Source: Piromyces finnis finn (taxonomy: Eukaryota > Fungi > Neocallimastigomycota). Taken from it: DNA of 64,000 nucleotides. The position numbers and the translations under genes were made by a program. Of this stretch, positions 11,771-22,800 are shown one piece after another; position 1 is the stretch's first letter, and the number at the start of each line of letters is the position of its first letter. The stretch covers positions 1 through 64,000 of the forward strand of contig MCFH01000052.1 in the NCBI GenBank assembly GCA_002104945.1. The letters are read 5' to 3'. Under the pieces are notes generated by a model. It had not been told where the DNA came from, did not search any database, and worked only from the letters and a program-made list of their open reading frames with translations.

Positions 11771-12269
11771 TGCAAGAAATATTTGTGGCCATAAGTTTGC
11801 CCACAAATATTTCAATTGAAACCATATATTCTGGTCACCATTTATTGGCCAAATATATGTATAACCATATATTAATGGTTATTAATTAAATAGGAAGTTT
11901 ATTTGCTTTACCCAATCAAGTGGTAAAGAAAATAAACTCATATAGTTAAATAGTATAGTCAAAACTAACGTTAAATACTTTAGCGTTAGTATTAAAGTAA
12001 ATTAGTAACTATAATAATAATTAATGTAGATAATTATAATTAATAAATAAAAGATATAATTAATATAAAATTATTTAAGTAAACATTATTTCATAAAATC
12101 TTTATACGTTTGTTTGTAATTATTTTAGTGTTATAATATTTATTTTATTTCTTTTATTATTTTTTATAAAACTTTATTTAGTTATTAACTCGTATAGAGA
12201 GGTAATAACTAACTTAATTAGCTAAATATTAATAACTTATTAACTAATATTATAAAAACACCTTTTACA
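11771..12269. repeat. Solo LTR family L, 499 bp, TSD TTAAT, 13 nt upstream of tRNA-Gly
   Basis: TGCAAG...TTTTACA flanked by TTAAT at 11766-11770 and 12270-12274. No second copy in the window, so the call rests on TG..CA termini plus TSD. Confidence 0.7.
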
Positions 12270-12904
12270 TTAATTTTGTGTAGTAATTATATTGTAATGT
12301 ATATAATAAATAGTACAATATAATTACTTATTGATAACTCAATATTAAAATTTAATATTAAATTATATGTATATAGAAAGAAAAAAAATAATAAAAAATT
12401 AAATATAGAATTAAGATTAGAACTTAGCGAGTTTATTATAAGGATTTATAATAAACAACAAAAACACAAATGGGAAGGAGGATAAGAGTGAGATGTATTA
12501 AAATTATGTTTTAATAATATGTTTTTTATTAAAATAGAATTATTTGTTATTTATTATAATTAATTTTTTTCTTATAATAATAACTCTTGAATTTCTAAAG
12601 AATTTCAAGAGTGTCTTATTTATATTTTTATTAGAAATTAAGGTTAAATAAATGGGTTCTAATCTTAACAAATTAAATGTTTAGGAAAAGACTAGAAGAA
12701 AAACCTAAACAAGTTTTCGACCAATATTCTAATCATATTAGTCATCGTGTAAATTTTAAGTAAAACCAATTATAATAATCGGGAAAACCTTAAAATACCG
12801 ATTTCCTAAAGTAAATCCGTGTTTAGATATAATATGTAAATTAATTAGTAATACACAATTAAATTACAGGATTCTTATATATAAATATTATTTAAAAATC
12901 AAAT

Positions 12905-13248
12905 GTATAAAATATTATTTAACTAAATAAATTAAATAAATAAATTAAGTGCATAAAATATTATTTAACTAAATAAATTAAATAAATAAATTAAGTGCAT
13001 AAAATATTATTTAACTAAATAAATTAAATAAATAAATTAAGTGCATAAAATATTATTTAACTAAATAAATTAAATAAGTAAATTAAGTGCATAAAATATT
13101 ATTTAACTAAATAAATTAAATAAATAAATTAAGTGTATAAAATATTATTTAACTAAATAAATTAAATAAATAAATTAAGTGCATAAATTATTATTTAACT
13201 AAATAAATTAAATAAATAAATTAAGTGTATAGAATATTATGTAACTAA
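12905..13248. repeat. 46-bp tandem repeat x7 inside LTR C (x5 in the partner LTR, ~30740-30990)
   Basis: GTG[C/T]AT marker at 12949, 12995, 13041, 13087, 13133, 13179 and 13225, versus 30782, 30828, 30874, 30920 and 30965. Confidence 0.95.
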
Positions 13249-13314
13249 ATAAATAAATAAATTATTAAACTAATAAGAAATATTAATTATTTAGATTGAA
13301 ATAATTATTATTTC

Positions 13315-14703
13315 TTACATTACCCCTTTTATATCTGGTTCCTTCAAATCGTCGTTTCTATTTATATATGGCTCTAATTGGGATATATGAAATACCGGAT
13401 GTAGGTGTAAGTTTTCTGGTAATTCCAAGCGGTAGTTCATTCTTTCCCTCTTCTCCAAAATACGAAATGGTCCAAGATATTGAGTGGAAAGTTTCTTAGA
13501 AGGTTCGTTAGAAAAATAATGTCTTCTCAACATTACTAAATCATTAATTTGTAAAGAGGGTCCAACGGATTTTTTTCTATCACCAAATTTTTTGAAATCC
13601 TCTTTAGCTTTCATAAGGTGTTGTCGAAGTGCGTCAAAATGAGAGGCCCAATTTCTTGTTAGTACAGAAGCATTATCCTTTAGGAGAATCGGAGGGGAAT
13701 CAATAGTGCAATTGGGATGGAATCCATAATTAGCGTGAAATGGTGTTTGATTAATTGATCTATTAATAGAGTTGTTATATGCCATTTCACAGAGAGGGAG
13801 ATAGTAGCACCATTCATTTTGGGATGAAGAACAATAACATCTAAGATACTGTTCGATGACAGCATTCGCTCTCTCAATTTGTCCATTGGATTGTTGATGG
13901 AAAGCGGTAGCAAGACTTGGTTTAGCATGAATAGCGGAGCATAAAGAAGTCCAAAATTGAGATGAAAATTGAGAGCCATGGTCAGAAACTATTACTTTAG
14001 GAAATCCATGATATCTGAACACTTGGGACAATAGGAGTTTAGCAGTGAGGTCAGCAGAGGGGATGTCTGCACAAGGCACTAGATGAACCATCTTTGTTAG
14101 ATGATCAGCAGCAACCATGATGCATGTACAATCTTTAGATGGAGGCAAAGAGACAATAAAATCAACGCCAATAACTTCCCAGGGTTTTGTAGGAATAGGA
14201 AGAGGTAATAATTTACCATAAGGCTTATGTCTACGAATCTTACCTCTACTGCAGACATCACACGAAAGAACATAATTTGAGATATCTTTCTTCATATTAG
14301 GCCACCAGTAGGATCTTTTGAGTTTTTCAAAAGTCCTATCTACCCCCTGATGGCCACTAGTTGGAGCATCATGGAAGGATTTAAGTAATCTTACCTTGAG
14401 TGAAGATGGAACGATGATGCGTTTTTGGAAATGTAAAACACCATCAATAAGACTAAATAATGAACTATTAATGTTTCCGGAGCTCGATTTAATTTTATTT
14501 AAAGTATTTCGACAAAATTTGTCGCCTTTTTGAGCACTGATAAGGTTGTCAATATTATCATTCATTGAGCAACAAAATACATCATTATTATTAAATATCG
14601 TTACAGGTTTCATATTAGTTTTTTTTTTTATAGTCTGGTCGTCTTGATAACGCGTCGGATTTCCCACTTTTTGAACCTGGCCTGAATGCAATTCTAAAAT
14701 CAA
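13315..14703 (-). CDS. Element 1 integrase portion of pol (frameshift-separated; no chromodomain)
   Basis: HHCC finger (HDAPTSGH..CDVC), DDE core (GVDFI, SDHGSQF, QIER) and GPY/F motif. The stop codon lies inside the LTR. Confidence 0.92.
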   Translation of the reverse strand: MILELHSGQVQKVGNPTRYQDDQTIKKKTNMKPVTIFNNNDVFCCSMNDNIDNLISAQKGDKFCRNTLNKIKSSSGNINSSLFSLIDGVLHFQKRIIVPSSLKVRLLKSFHDAPTSGHQGVDRTFEKLKRSYWWPNMKKDISNYVLSCDVCSRGKIRRHKPYGKLLPLPIPTKPWEVIGVDFIVSLPPSKDCTCIMVAADHLTKMVHLVPCADIPSADLTAKLLLSQVFRYHGFPKVIVSDHGSQFSSQFWTSLCSAIHAKPSLATAFHQQSNGQIERANAVIEQYLRCYCSSSQNEWCYYLPLCEMAYNNSINRSINQTPFHANYGFHPNCTIDSPPILLKDNASVLTRNWASHFDALRQHLMKAKEDFKKFGDRKKSVGPSLQINDLVMLRRHYFSNEPSKKLSTQYLGPFRILEKRERMNYRLELPENLHLHPVFHISQLEPYINRNDDLKEPDIKGVM

Positions 14704-17128
14704 ATTTAGAAAGAAAAAGGCTCCAGCGTATCTGCCTTTGGTTTAGATGCTGAGGCTTCTTAAGATATAACAGATTTTTGTGATCTGTAATTATCTGAAC
14801 GGGGTACTTAGCACCTTCCAGATGGTGTCTCCAGGTATCGAAAGCAGTTATAATTGCCAAAAGTTCTTTATCGTATATAGTATAATTAGTTTCGGCATTG
14901 TTAAGTGATCTGGAGTGGAAGGCAACTGGATGTAATAAATTATCAAGATCGCTGATTTGGGAGAGAACACAACCAACAGCAAAATCGCTTGCGTCGGTTT
15001 CGACAATATACTCTTTTTCCGGATCAGGAAAGATTAATATTTCTCCGACTCTAAATGCGTCCTTTAATTTATTAAAAGAGTTTTCAGCACAGTCATCCCA
15101 AATAAATTCATTACCCTTTTTTAGCAATTTACGCAAAGGTTCCATGTAAGAAGCGAAATCTTTGATGAATTTTCTGTAGAAATTACAAAGACCAAGAAAG
15201 CTTTGTAATTCCTTAATATTTTTTGGTATCGGCCAGTCTAATACTGACTTAACCTTATTCTTATCCATAGACAAACCCTTAGTAGAAACAGTAAAACCTA
15301 AGAATGTAGTTTCAGAAACATGAAAGTCACATTTCTCCAACTTAACGTATAATCCATTATCCAGGAGTAATTTAAGAACTATCCGAACGTGATTTATATG
15401 CTCTTGGAGGGAACAAGAGTAGATGATGATATCATCAAGATATACTTGCACAAAGGATCCTATGGTGTTGTTAAGGGTATCTTGGACAAAACGTTGAAAT
15501 ACAGATGGAGCATTTCTTAATCCAAAAGGCATCACCAGATATTCGAAATGCCCTAACGGTGTCCTGAAAGCAGTGAGATATTCGTGACCTTCTTTAACCC
15601 TTACCAAATTGTATGCAGATCTGAGGTCTAAGCGGGTATAAATATTAGCGCCTTTAAAAGATTCAATTAGATCATTGATTCTTGGGATCGGGTAGCTATT
15701 ACGAATGGTGATGGCATTCAGACGTCTGTAATCAACACACAATCTAAGGGTTCCATCGTGTTTCTTAACAAAGAGAACTGGGGCTCCAGCAGGCGATTTG
15801 GATTTTCTAATGAAGTTCTTTTTTAAATTATCTTTAATATACTCCTTTAACGTGTTCATTTCGGGTACAGTGAGGGAGTATATTGGTCCAAAATATAATT
15901 GACCACCAGGGATAAGGTCTATAGAAATATCATATTCCCGGTGAGGTGGTAGTTTCTCGGCTTCTTTCTTTTCAAAAACTGATTTAAGGTCAGAGTAATA
16001 CTGGCTAATTATCACATACTTAGTCTGATCATTGTTATTTGTTTCTTCACCAATAGGCATAGCTGCGCAAAAGTCTGTATCAAGAAGATCATCCTCAGAG
16101 ATCATATCAGGAATAATAGAATCAAGATTATTTTTCTTATTTGCTTCCTTATCTTCTACCATGGAAGCAGTAATATTATCATATTGTCTAAAAATTTTGT
16201 TCTTTTTTGAGGAGGGACAGTGAGACCCACAGAAACTACCGATGAAGTAAATTTTATTGGTTTTATAATTGATGAAGGGGTTGTGTAAGGATAACCAATC
16301 CCTTCCGAGAATTCCATTAATACCTTGAAGAGAGAGGTCAGCAATGCAAAACTCAAAAGTCTCTGAATGGTCCATTATCTTCAACTTCAGAGGTTTGGTA
16401 GTTTGCTTTATTGTCATACTCTTTCCGTTTGGAAGTTGAATGTTTATGGGAGAGGAGAGTCCAGAAGTTTGAATTTTGGTATTGTTAGCAAAGTTCTTAC
16501 ATATAAAACTTCTTGCAGAACCTGAATCTATTAGTAAATTTACCTTTACGTTTTTTCCATTTACAAATAGGTAAAATGATGTAGTAATGGATGTCTTCCT
16601 ATTCGGAGTATAATTTGCAGAGAGTATGTCATTTTTGAATTTATTTTTCCTTTGATGAAAGTGCTTTGAGTGTTTTTCTATTTTGTTTAGTTCTTTTCTC
16701 CTTTTAAAATAGGATTTGCTATCTCTAGAATTTCTGTTCTTTTCCCTTAGACAATTTTCTAAATAACATTTCTTATCTAATCCTATGATTATGTTAGTTG
16801 CATCAAATAATGAATTGGGTTTTTCTAACTTATCAAATTCGTCACGAACACGATTATCAAGACCTTTTCCAATTATATCAATTAGTACTTCATCAGGCCA
16901 TCCTAGACGTCCAGCCAACCTTCGAAATTCGATAGTGTATTCAACAACACTACCTAACTGGAGTTGCTTAAGTTTCCACAGCTTTTCCATTATCACATAT
17001 TTCTGCTTCCTTTCACTTCCAACATCGAAATTATCCAGTAGAAGATTCTTAAATTGATCATAGCTTATTTTCTTAATAGTTCCATCTATTAAGAGGGAGA
17101 GTCCCCATTTTCTTGCATTTCCAGACAA
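14615..17128 (-). CDS. Element 1 Gag C-terminus, aspartic protease, RT and RNase H
   Basis: LIDSGSA protease motif, YLDDII RT motif, ETDASDFAVG/DKELLAI RNase H. The frame is open upstream to ~17275 and joins the 17400 ATG by a one-base frameshift. Confidence 0.95.
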   Translation of the reverse strand: MSGNARKWGLSLLIDGTIKKISYDQFKNLLLDNFDVGSERKQKYVIMEKLWKLKQLQLGSVVEYTIEFRRLAGRLGWPDEVLIDIIGKGLDNRVRDEFDKLEKPNSLFDATNIIIGLDKKCYLENCLREKNRNSRDSKSYFKRRKELNKIEKHSKHFHQRKNKFKNDILSANYTPNRKTSITTSFYLFVNGKNVKVNLLIDSGSARSFICKNFANNTKIQTSGLSSPINIQLPNGKSMTIKQTTKPLKLKIMDHSETFEFCIADLSLQGINGILGRDWLSLHNPFINYKTNKIYFIGSFCGSHCPSSKKNKIFRQYDNITASMVEDKEANKKNNLDSIIPDMISEDDLLDTDFCAAMPIGEETNNNDQTKYVIISQYYSDLKSVFEKKEAEKLPPHREYDISIDLIPGGQLYFGPIYSLTVPEMNTLKEYIKDNLKKNFIRKSKSPAGAPVLFVKKHDGTLRLCVDYRRLNAITIRNSYPIPRINDLIESFKGANIYTRLDLRSAYNLVRVKEGHEYLTAFRTPLGHFEYLVMPFGLRNAPSVFQRFVQDTLNNTIGSFVQVYLDDIIIYSCSLQEHINHVRIVLKLLLDNGLYVKLEKCDFHVSETTFLGFTVSTKGLSMDKNKVKSVLDWPIPKNIKELQSFLGLCNFYRKFIKDFASYMEPLRKLLKKGNEFIWDDCAENSFNKLKDAFRVGEILIFPDPEKEYIVETDASDFAVGCVLSQISDLDNLLHPVAFHSRSLNNAETNYTIYDKELLAIITAFDTWRHHLEGAKYPVQIITDHKNLLYLKKPQHLNQRQIRWSLFLSKFDFRIAFRPGSKSGKSDALSRRPDYKKKN

Positions 17129-17208
17129 TTTATTGATTACAAAAGAGGTTCTTGATTCTTCATTTCTAAAGGATTCTGGATGTTCCTTAAAAAATTCTTC
17201 ACTTTGAA

Positions 17209-17400
17209 TTAAAGTTTCAAGTATATTTGCTGGATTTTTTGTTTCATTCTCTTTAGAAAGGATGCCATTAGGGGAAAAAAAGCAGGAATGAAATCAGTAA
17301 TAGCTGTGATAAGCTTGGAAGTTTGGGGATCTTGTACTCCATTATTTTTTTCATTAATATTTTGAGCAATATTTATTTCATTACGTTCGGGGTAGTCCAT
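17209..17400 (-). CDS. Element 1 Gag N-terminus (frameshifted at A7 run 17275-17281)
   Basis: Removing one base of the run fuses MDYPER..IPAF to SPNGILSKENET..LSGNARKWG of the next ORF. Confidence 0.75.
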   Translation of the reverse strand: MDYPERNEINIAQNINEKNNGVQDPQTSKLITAITDFIPAFFPLMASFLKRMKQKIQQIYLKL

Positions 17401-18432
17401 ATTATTTTTTCCAATATTATTGAAATAATATATTATATATAAAAAAAAATAGTATTAGTGATGGAAATATATATAAATATATAATTATTTTATTTTATTT
17501 TATTTTTTTTTTTTTTTTTATTATTCTAATTATTATTATTCTAATTCTAATTATTATTATTATTATTCTTTTTTTTTTTTTTTTTTTTTTTATATATATA
17601 TATATATCTTGTTTGATTGATTGGTTTTAAAAAAAAAAAAAATAAAATAAAATAAAATAATTATATATTTATATATATTTCCATCACTAATACTATTTTT
17701 TTTTTTTTTCAATGTTTGTTGGAGAAGAGTTATTATTGTAGTAATTATATTGTAATGTATATAATAAATAGTACAATTGTAAAGATATCAAACGCCTCTG
17801 TTTGATATCTTTAATGTAACTTAAGCCACAAGTATTATTGTTTAAGTTACACAAATTATATTCAGAAAAAGAAAATGAGACATAATTTATTTATTAATAA
17901 TTAAAGTTTAAAACAAAATAAATTATTAGTTTATTTTTAATGTTTAACAAGTAAATTAATATTCTCAATTTAAATCCCTAGTTTTAGTATTTTTTTTTCA
18001 TAGAAATAAATAAATAATAAATGATTAATATATCAATAATACATGGGCACATATTCAAATTGAATAGTACTTAATTTGAATTGCCAATTGTATTTTACTA
18101 AAAATAGTTATAGTTTAAATATTTATTAATAATTAAGATTTTAGTGTAGATTTTAAATAATAATATATAAGAAATAAATAGTTATAATATAATATAAATG
18201 TATTTAGGAAAAATATAAATAGAAGATATTTTTCATCATTTTATCGATGTAATTGTTATTATTAAAATTCTATTATAATAAAAGATATTTTTAATAAAAC
18301 AATTTTTTATTTTTATTTTAAATTTAGTGTTATTGTAATAGAATAGATATCCTAATCTATTCTTTCTGTGTCGCCATTACAATAACAATTACCTAACTAC
18401 TTCAAGAGTACGTTAGGATATCTACTACTGTC

Positions 18433-18554
18433 AGAAGAAGAATTTATAGAAGAACTTGGTTGCTACCATAGAAGAAGAATCTACCGAAGTACTTGGTTGC
18501 TACCACAGAAGAAGAATTTATAGAAGAACTTGGTTGCTACCATAGAAGAAGAAT
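18433..18554 (+). repeat. 37-bp tandem repeat x3.3 in the element 3 leader
   Basis: AGAAGAAGAAT...CTTGGTTGCTACC unit starts at 18433, 18470, 18507 and 18544. Confidence 0.9.
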
Positions 18555-18780
18555 TACTGAAACAATTATAGGTTAAACTCTGTTGCTGCCCTTATTAAAG
18601 GAATTCTACCGAAGGAATCAATATATAGATACAAAACTTGTTCGACACTGCTTTGCAGAACGCGTTTGAATAACTTTTGTATTTAAATAGATTGTATTAG
18701 TGTAAAAAAAAAAAAAAATTAAGATTACATACTTGAAACAGTAGTAAGAAAACATTTTTTATTTTATTTAATAGTTTACG

Positions 18781-19312
18781 TTGGAGGCCTTAATTAGTGA
18801 GTTTGAAAGTTTAAATTTAGAGATGGGTGATAGGACTGTGGGTGTTTCTGGGAATTCGGGGAACATTATTAATGCTCCACCGATATTTTCTGGTAAACAA
18901 AGAGAATTGGATGGATTTTTAACCAGAGTTGAGTTGGTATTTCGTACTCGACCGACACTGTATAATACAGATCGAGTCAAGGTCGACTTCGTTATATCAT
19001 ACTTCTCTGGTAAACCTTTGGAATGGACTTCAGTGTTGATGAAGAATAATAGTGGGGTTTTAAATCATTATGATGAATTTGTAGATAGGTTGAAGGCTAA
19101 TTTTGGCAGTTATAGATACGATACCGTTGTAGCTAACGGTAAATTAGATAATCTTCGCCAAAGGAAACTTGGTCAGGTATTAGATTACATTACCGAGTTT
19201 CAACGTATTAGCCAAAATTCAAGCTTTAATGATAGCGCAAAAATCTACATGTTTCTGAAAGGTTTATTACCACCACTTAGGGAGAAGTTGGCTTTCATTG
19301 AATCAAACCCAA
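18781..19312 (+). CDS. Element 3 Gag N-terminal part (interrupted by element 2)
   Basis: Retrotransposon-gag motifs (PPIFSG..LDGFLTRVELVF, YFSGKPLEW). Joins in frame to 25447 after removing element 2 and one TSD (..ESNP-T-SIEQLISS..). First ATG is at 18823; 18781 is TTG. Confidence 0.92.
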
Positions 19313-19819
19313 TGTAAAGAACTAATGTTCAATAAATAAAAACACAAATATATAAAAAGGAAAATAATAAAAGCAAATAAAAATTTTATTATTGAACACT
19401 TAACAAAATTATAACAGGTTAGTGTTTAATAATTTTATTTTTATTATAAAATTTCTTTGTTAATAAAAACTCGAATTCAAAATAATTTTTTGAGAAATTT
19501 CACTCGTATTTATATAAATGTTTTTAAAAGTAAATTTATAAAAATTTTACAACTTAATTTTTTAAGCCAATCAGAAATTATCTTCTTTGGTAAAATTTCG
19601 TTATAAAATATTTTAATAATTAAAAAAAAGATATTAATGAGGTTTCGAACTCGAGTAGTTCAAACCAAGGTCTTAGTTACTAACCACTAAGACAGGTTAC
19701 TAATTTCTATGATTCGTTACATGGTCCTCCTCCAGGATTCGGATACCAGACGAATCAACTAAATTTATTTGTTACTTTATTATAAAAGAAATAATTGAAA
19801 CGAGTGAATACATTTTGAA

Positions 19820-19861
<42 letters not shown>

Positions 19862-22800
19862 TGAATATTAAATTATAAATATATTTTTTCATTTTCTATT
19901 TTCTATTTTCTATTCTCTTTTTCTCTTATCAATTACTAATTTTTTTTTTAAATTAATAACTATTACTAATGTGAATTATTAAAGTTTTTAATTAGTTCAT
20001 CGCAGTTTAAATTACTTTCAGGTTCCCAAGATGCTTCTGAAAGCGGATAACCTTTCCATTTTATTAGATATTGAATCTTCCCATAATGCTTTCTTTTATC
20101 AAGTATTTCTTCTACTTCGTATTCTTCTTCTTCATTTACTATTATAGGTGGAGGTGGATCTTTGATTCTTCCAAAACTATCTTCATAATACGGTTCTAGG
20201 TTTGAAACATGAACAATTGGGTAAATCTTCAGCGATTTTGGTAATTCTAATTTATAAGTGAGATTAGAGATTTTACTAATTATCCTAAACGGGCCAAGTT
20301 TCCTAGGATTAAATTTTTTATTTCCTTTATGAATTATCAAGGAGCTATCCAACCATACTTTGTCACCAGTCTTGAATGTCGGAGGTTCTTGTCTATACTT
20401 GTCGGCATATTTCTTTTGAACTTGGATGGCCTTCTTTAAGTTTTCTTTTAGTTTCTCCATTAGGTCTTCAAAGTCTCTTGTAAACTCTTCAGCTCTTGGA
20501 ACATTCGTTTGGTCAGGAATTACCGGAGAGTATTTTGGGTGATAACCATAATTTAGGAAGAATGGTGAGAATTTTGTTGAGTCTTGAACAGCATTATTGT
20601 AACTGAATTCTGCCAATGGAAGAAAGTTGATCCAGTTTGTTCCTTTATAATTAGAAAAGCATCTTAAATATTGTTCAACAACGGAGTTTACCCTCTCCGT
20701 TTGGCCATTGGATTGATGATGATATGGTGAAGAATATTTAACATTGACGTCCAAAGATTGACAAATAGATTTCCAAAATTTCGAAGTGAATTGCGCGCCT
20801 CTATCGGAAATAATTTCAGAGGGGAGACCGTGAATTTTGAAAATATAATTCAAAAAAGCAAAAGCAGTATCAGAAGCAGAAGGAATACCTTTAAAGGGAA
20901 TGAGGTGGCACATTTTAGTAAGGCGGTCAACTACAACAAGAATAGTGTTAAATCCATCCGAAGGAGGGAGGTCAGTAATGAAATCCATAGAAATAGAAGC
21001 CCAAGGATGGTCACTAATCTCAAGGGGTTGAAGTAAACCATATGGTTTATGACGAGAAGGCTTGGAGCGGCAACAAATCTCGCAAGATCGGATATAATTC
21101 TTAACATCAATAGAAATGGATGGCCACCAAAAGTCACGAGAGATCAAAGAAATAGTTTTGCGGATACCAAAATGACCGGCAGAGGGGGAATCATGACAGA
21201 GTTTCAAAACGGAGGGACGGCATTTTAAAGGGACATAGATTCTACTATCAAAAAGAAGAAAACTATTACTAAGGGAGAATTTATTACTTTGTGGATGTGG
21301 AGCTGGGAGATTCTTATTTTCAAGAAAATTGCAAATGTCAATGTAAAAAGAGTCGTTCACATATTCAGATAATATTTCATCATTAAGAGAAGAAATGGAA
21401 CAAATCAAAGCGCAGAAATTCTCAGGGCGTAAAACCGAAAAAGGAGCATCAGAAGGAAGAGAGGAATCCATATAATCAGGTCTTCGTGAAAGCGCATCAG
21501 GTTTACCATTAGATGAACCAGAGCGGTAGAGAATTTTAAAGTTAAATTCGGAAAGGAAAAGGGCCCAACGAACAAGACGTTGTGACATTTTTTCCGGTTT
21601 CTTTTGATATAGTAAGTTTCGATGATCTGAATAAATAGTAAACGGGGTTAAAGCACCTTTGAGAAAATGTCGCCAAGTTTCAAGAGCATTAACAATAGCT
21701 AAAAGTTCTTTATCGTATATAGGATAGTTTCTTTCAGCGGAAGTAAGAGATCTTGAATAGAAAGCGACAGGATGGATCATTTTATCATCAGGAGATTTTT
21801 GAGACAGAACTGCTCCTATAGCAAAGTTGCTAGAGTCGGTTTCAACAATAAAGGGAAGATCACGATTTGGGTGAGACAGGATGGGAGCAGATGAAATTAA
21901 TGATTTAATGGTATTAAATGCATCAAGAGCTTCAGAGGAAAAATCAAATTTAACGTTTTTACGAAGTAGTCTGTGAAGGGGTTGTGCAACTTTGGCAAAA
22001 TTAGGAATAAACCGACGATAGTAGTTGGCTAGGCCAATAAAAGATTGAACTTCCTTGACACTGGACGGAACTGGCCAATTAATAATAGCAGAAACTTTAT
22101 TGGGGTCCATATGTATACCTTCAGAGGATATCCGATGACCAAGGAAATCAATAGAGGAAACAAAGAATTCACACTTTTCAAGCTTAGCATAAAGACCAGC
22201 ATTTCTTAAGCGATCCAGGACTTCGATAACGTGCTTAATGTGGGATTTATGGTTTTCAGAAAAAATAATTAAATCGTCAATATATGAATAAACAAAAATC
22301 CCTAGAATATTTTCCAGAACATCATTGATAAAATGCTGAAAAACAGCCGGGGCGTTTTTCAGTCCGAATGGCATTACCAGGTATTCAAAGTGGCCGAATT
22401 TGCAGGTGAAAGCTGTTTTATATTCATCACCCTTTTTGATTCGGACCAAATTATATGCTGATCGTAAATCCAATTTTGAGAAGATTTTCGCTTTACCAAG
22501 ATGCTCTAGCATATCTTGAATCAGAGGTAGAGGATAGGAATCTCTAATGGTAATTTTGTTGAGTTCCCTATAATCTTGACAAAGACGGAGTTCACCATTC
22601 TTTTTAGGAACGAAAAGTACAGGCGCACCAGCAGGAGATTTGGATTTCCTAATGAAACCCTTTTTGAGGTTTTCATCGATATAATCCTTCAAAACTCTTG
22701 TTTCTTCGTCTGTTAGTGGGTAGATTGGTCCATAAAATAGCTTGGCATTTTCGATTAGGTTTATTTGGCAATCATAAGGACGATGAGGTGGTAATTGAGC

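Noticed and set aside
12905-13248. CRISPR-like array
   Set aside because: Contiguous tandem units with no unique spacers, no cas genes, and a eukaryotic context.
14619-17281. Programmed -1 ribosomal frameshifts in element 1
   Set aside because: Both sites need a +1 correction, and they lie inside gag and between RNase H and integrase, not at the gag-pol junction.
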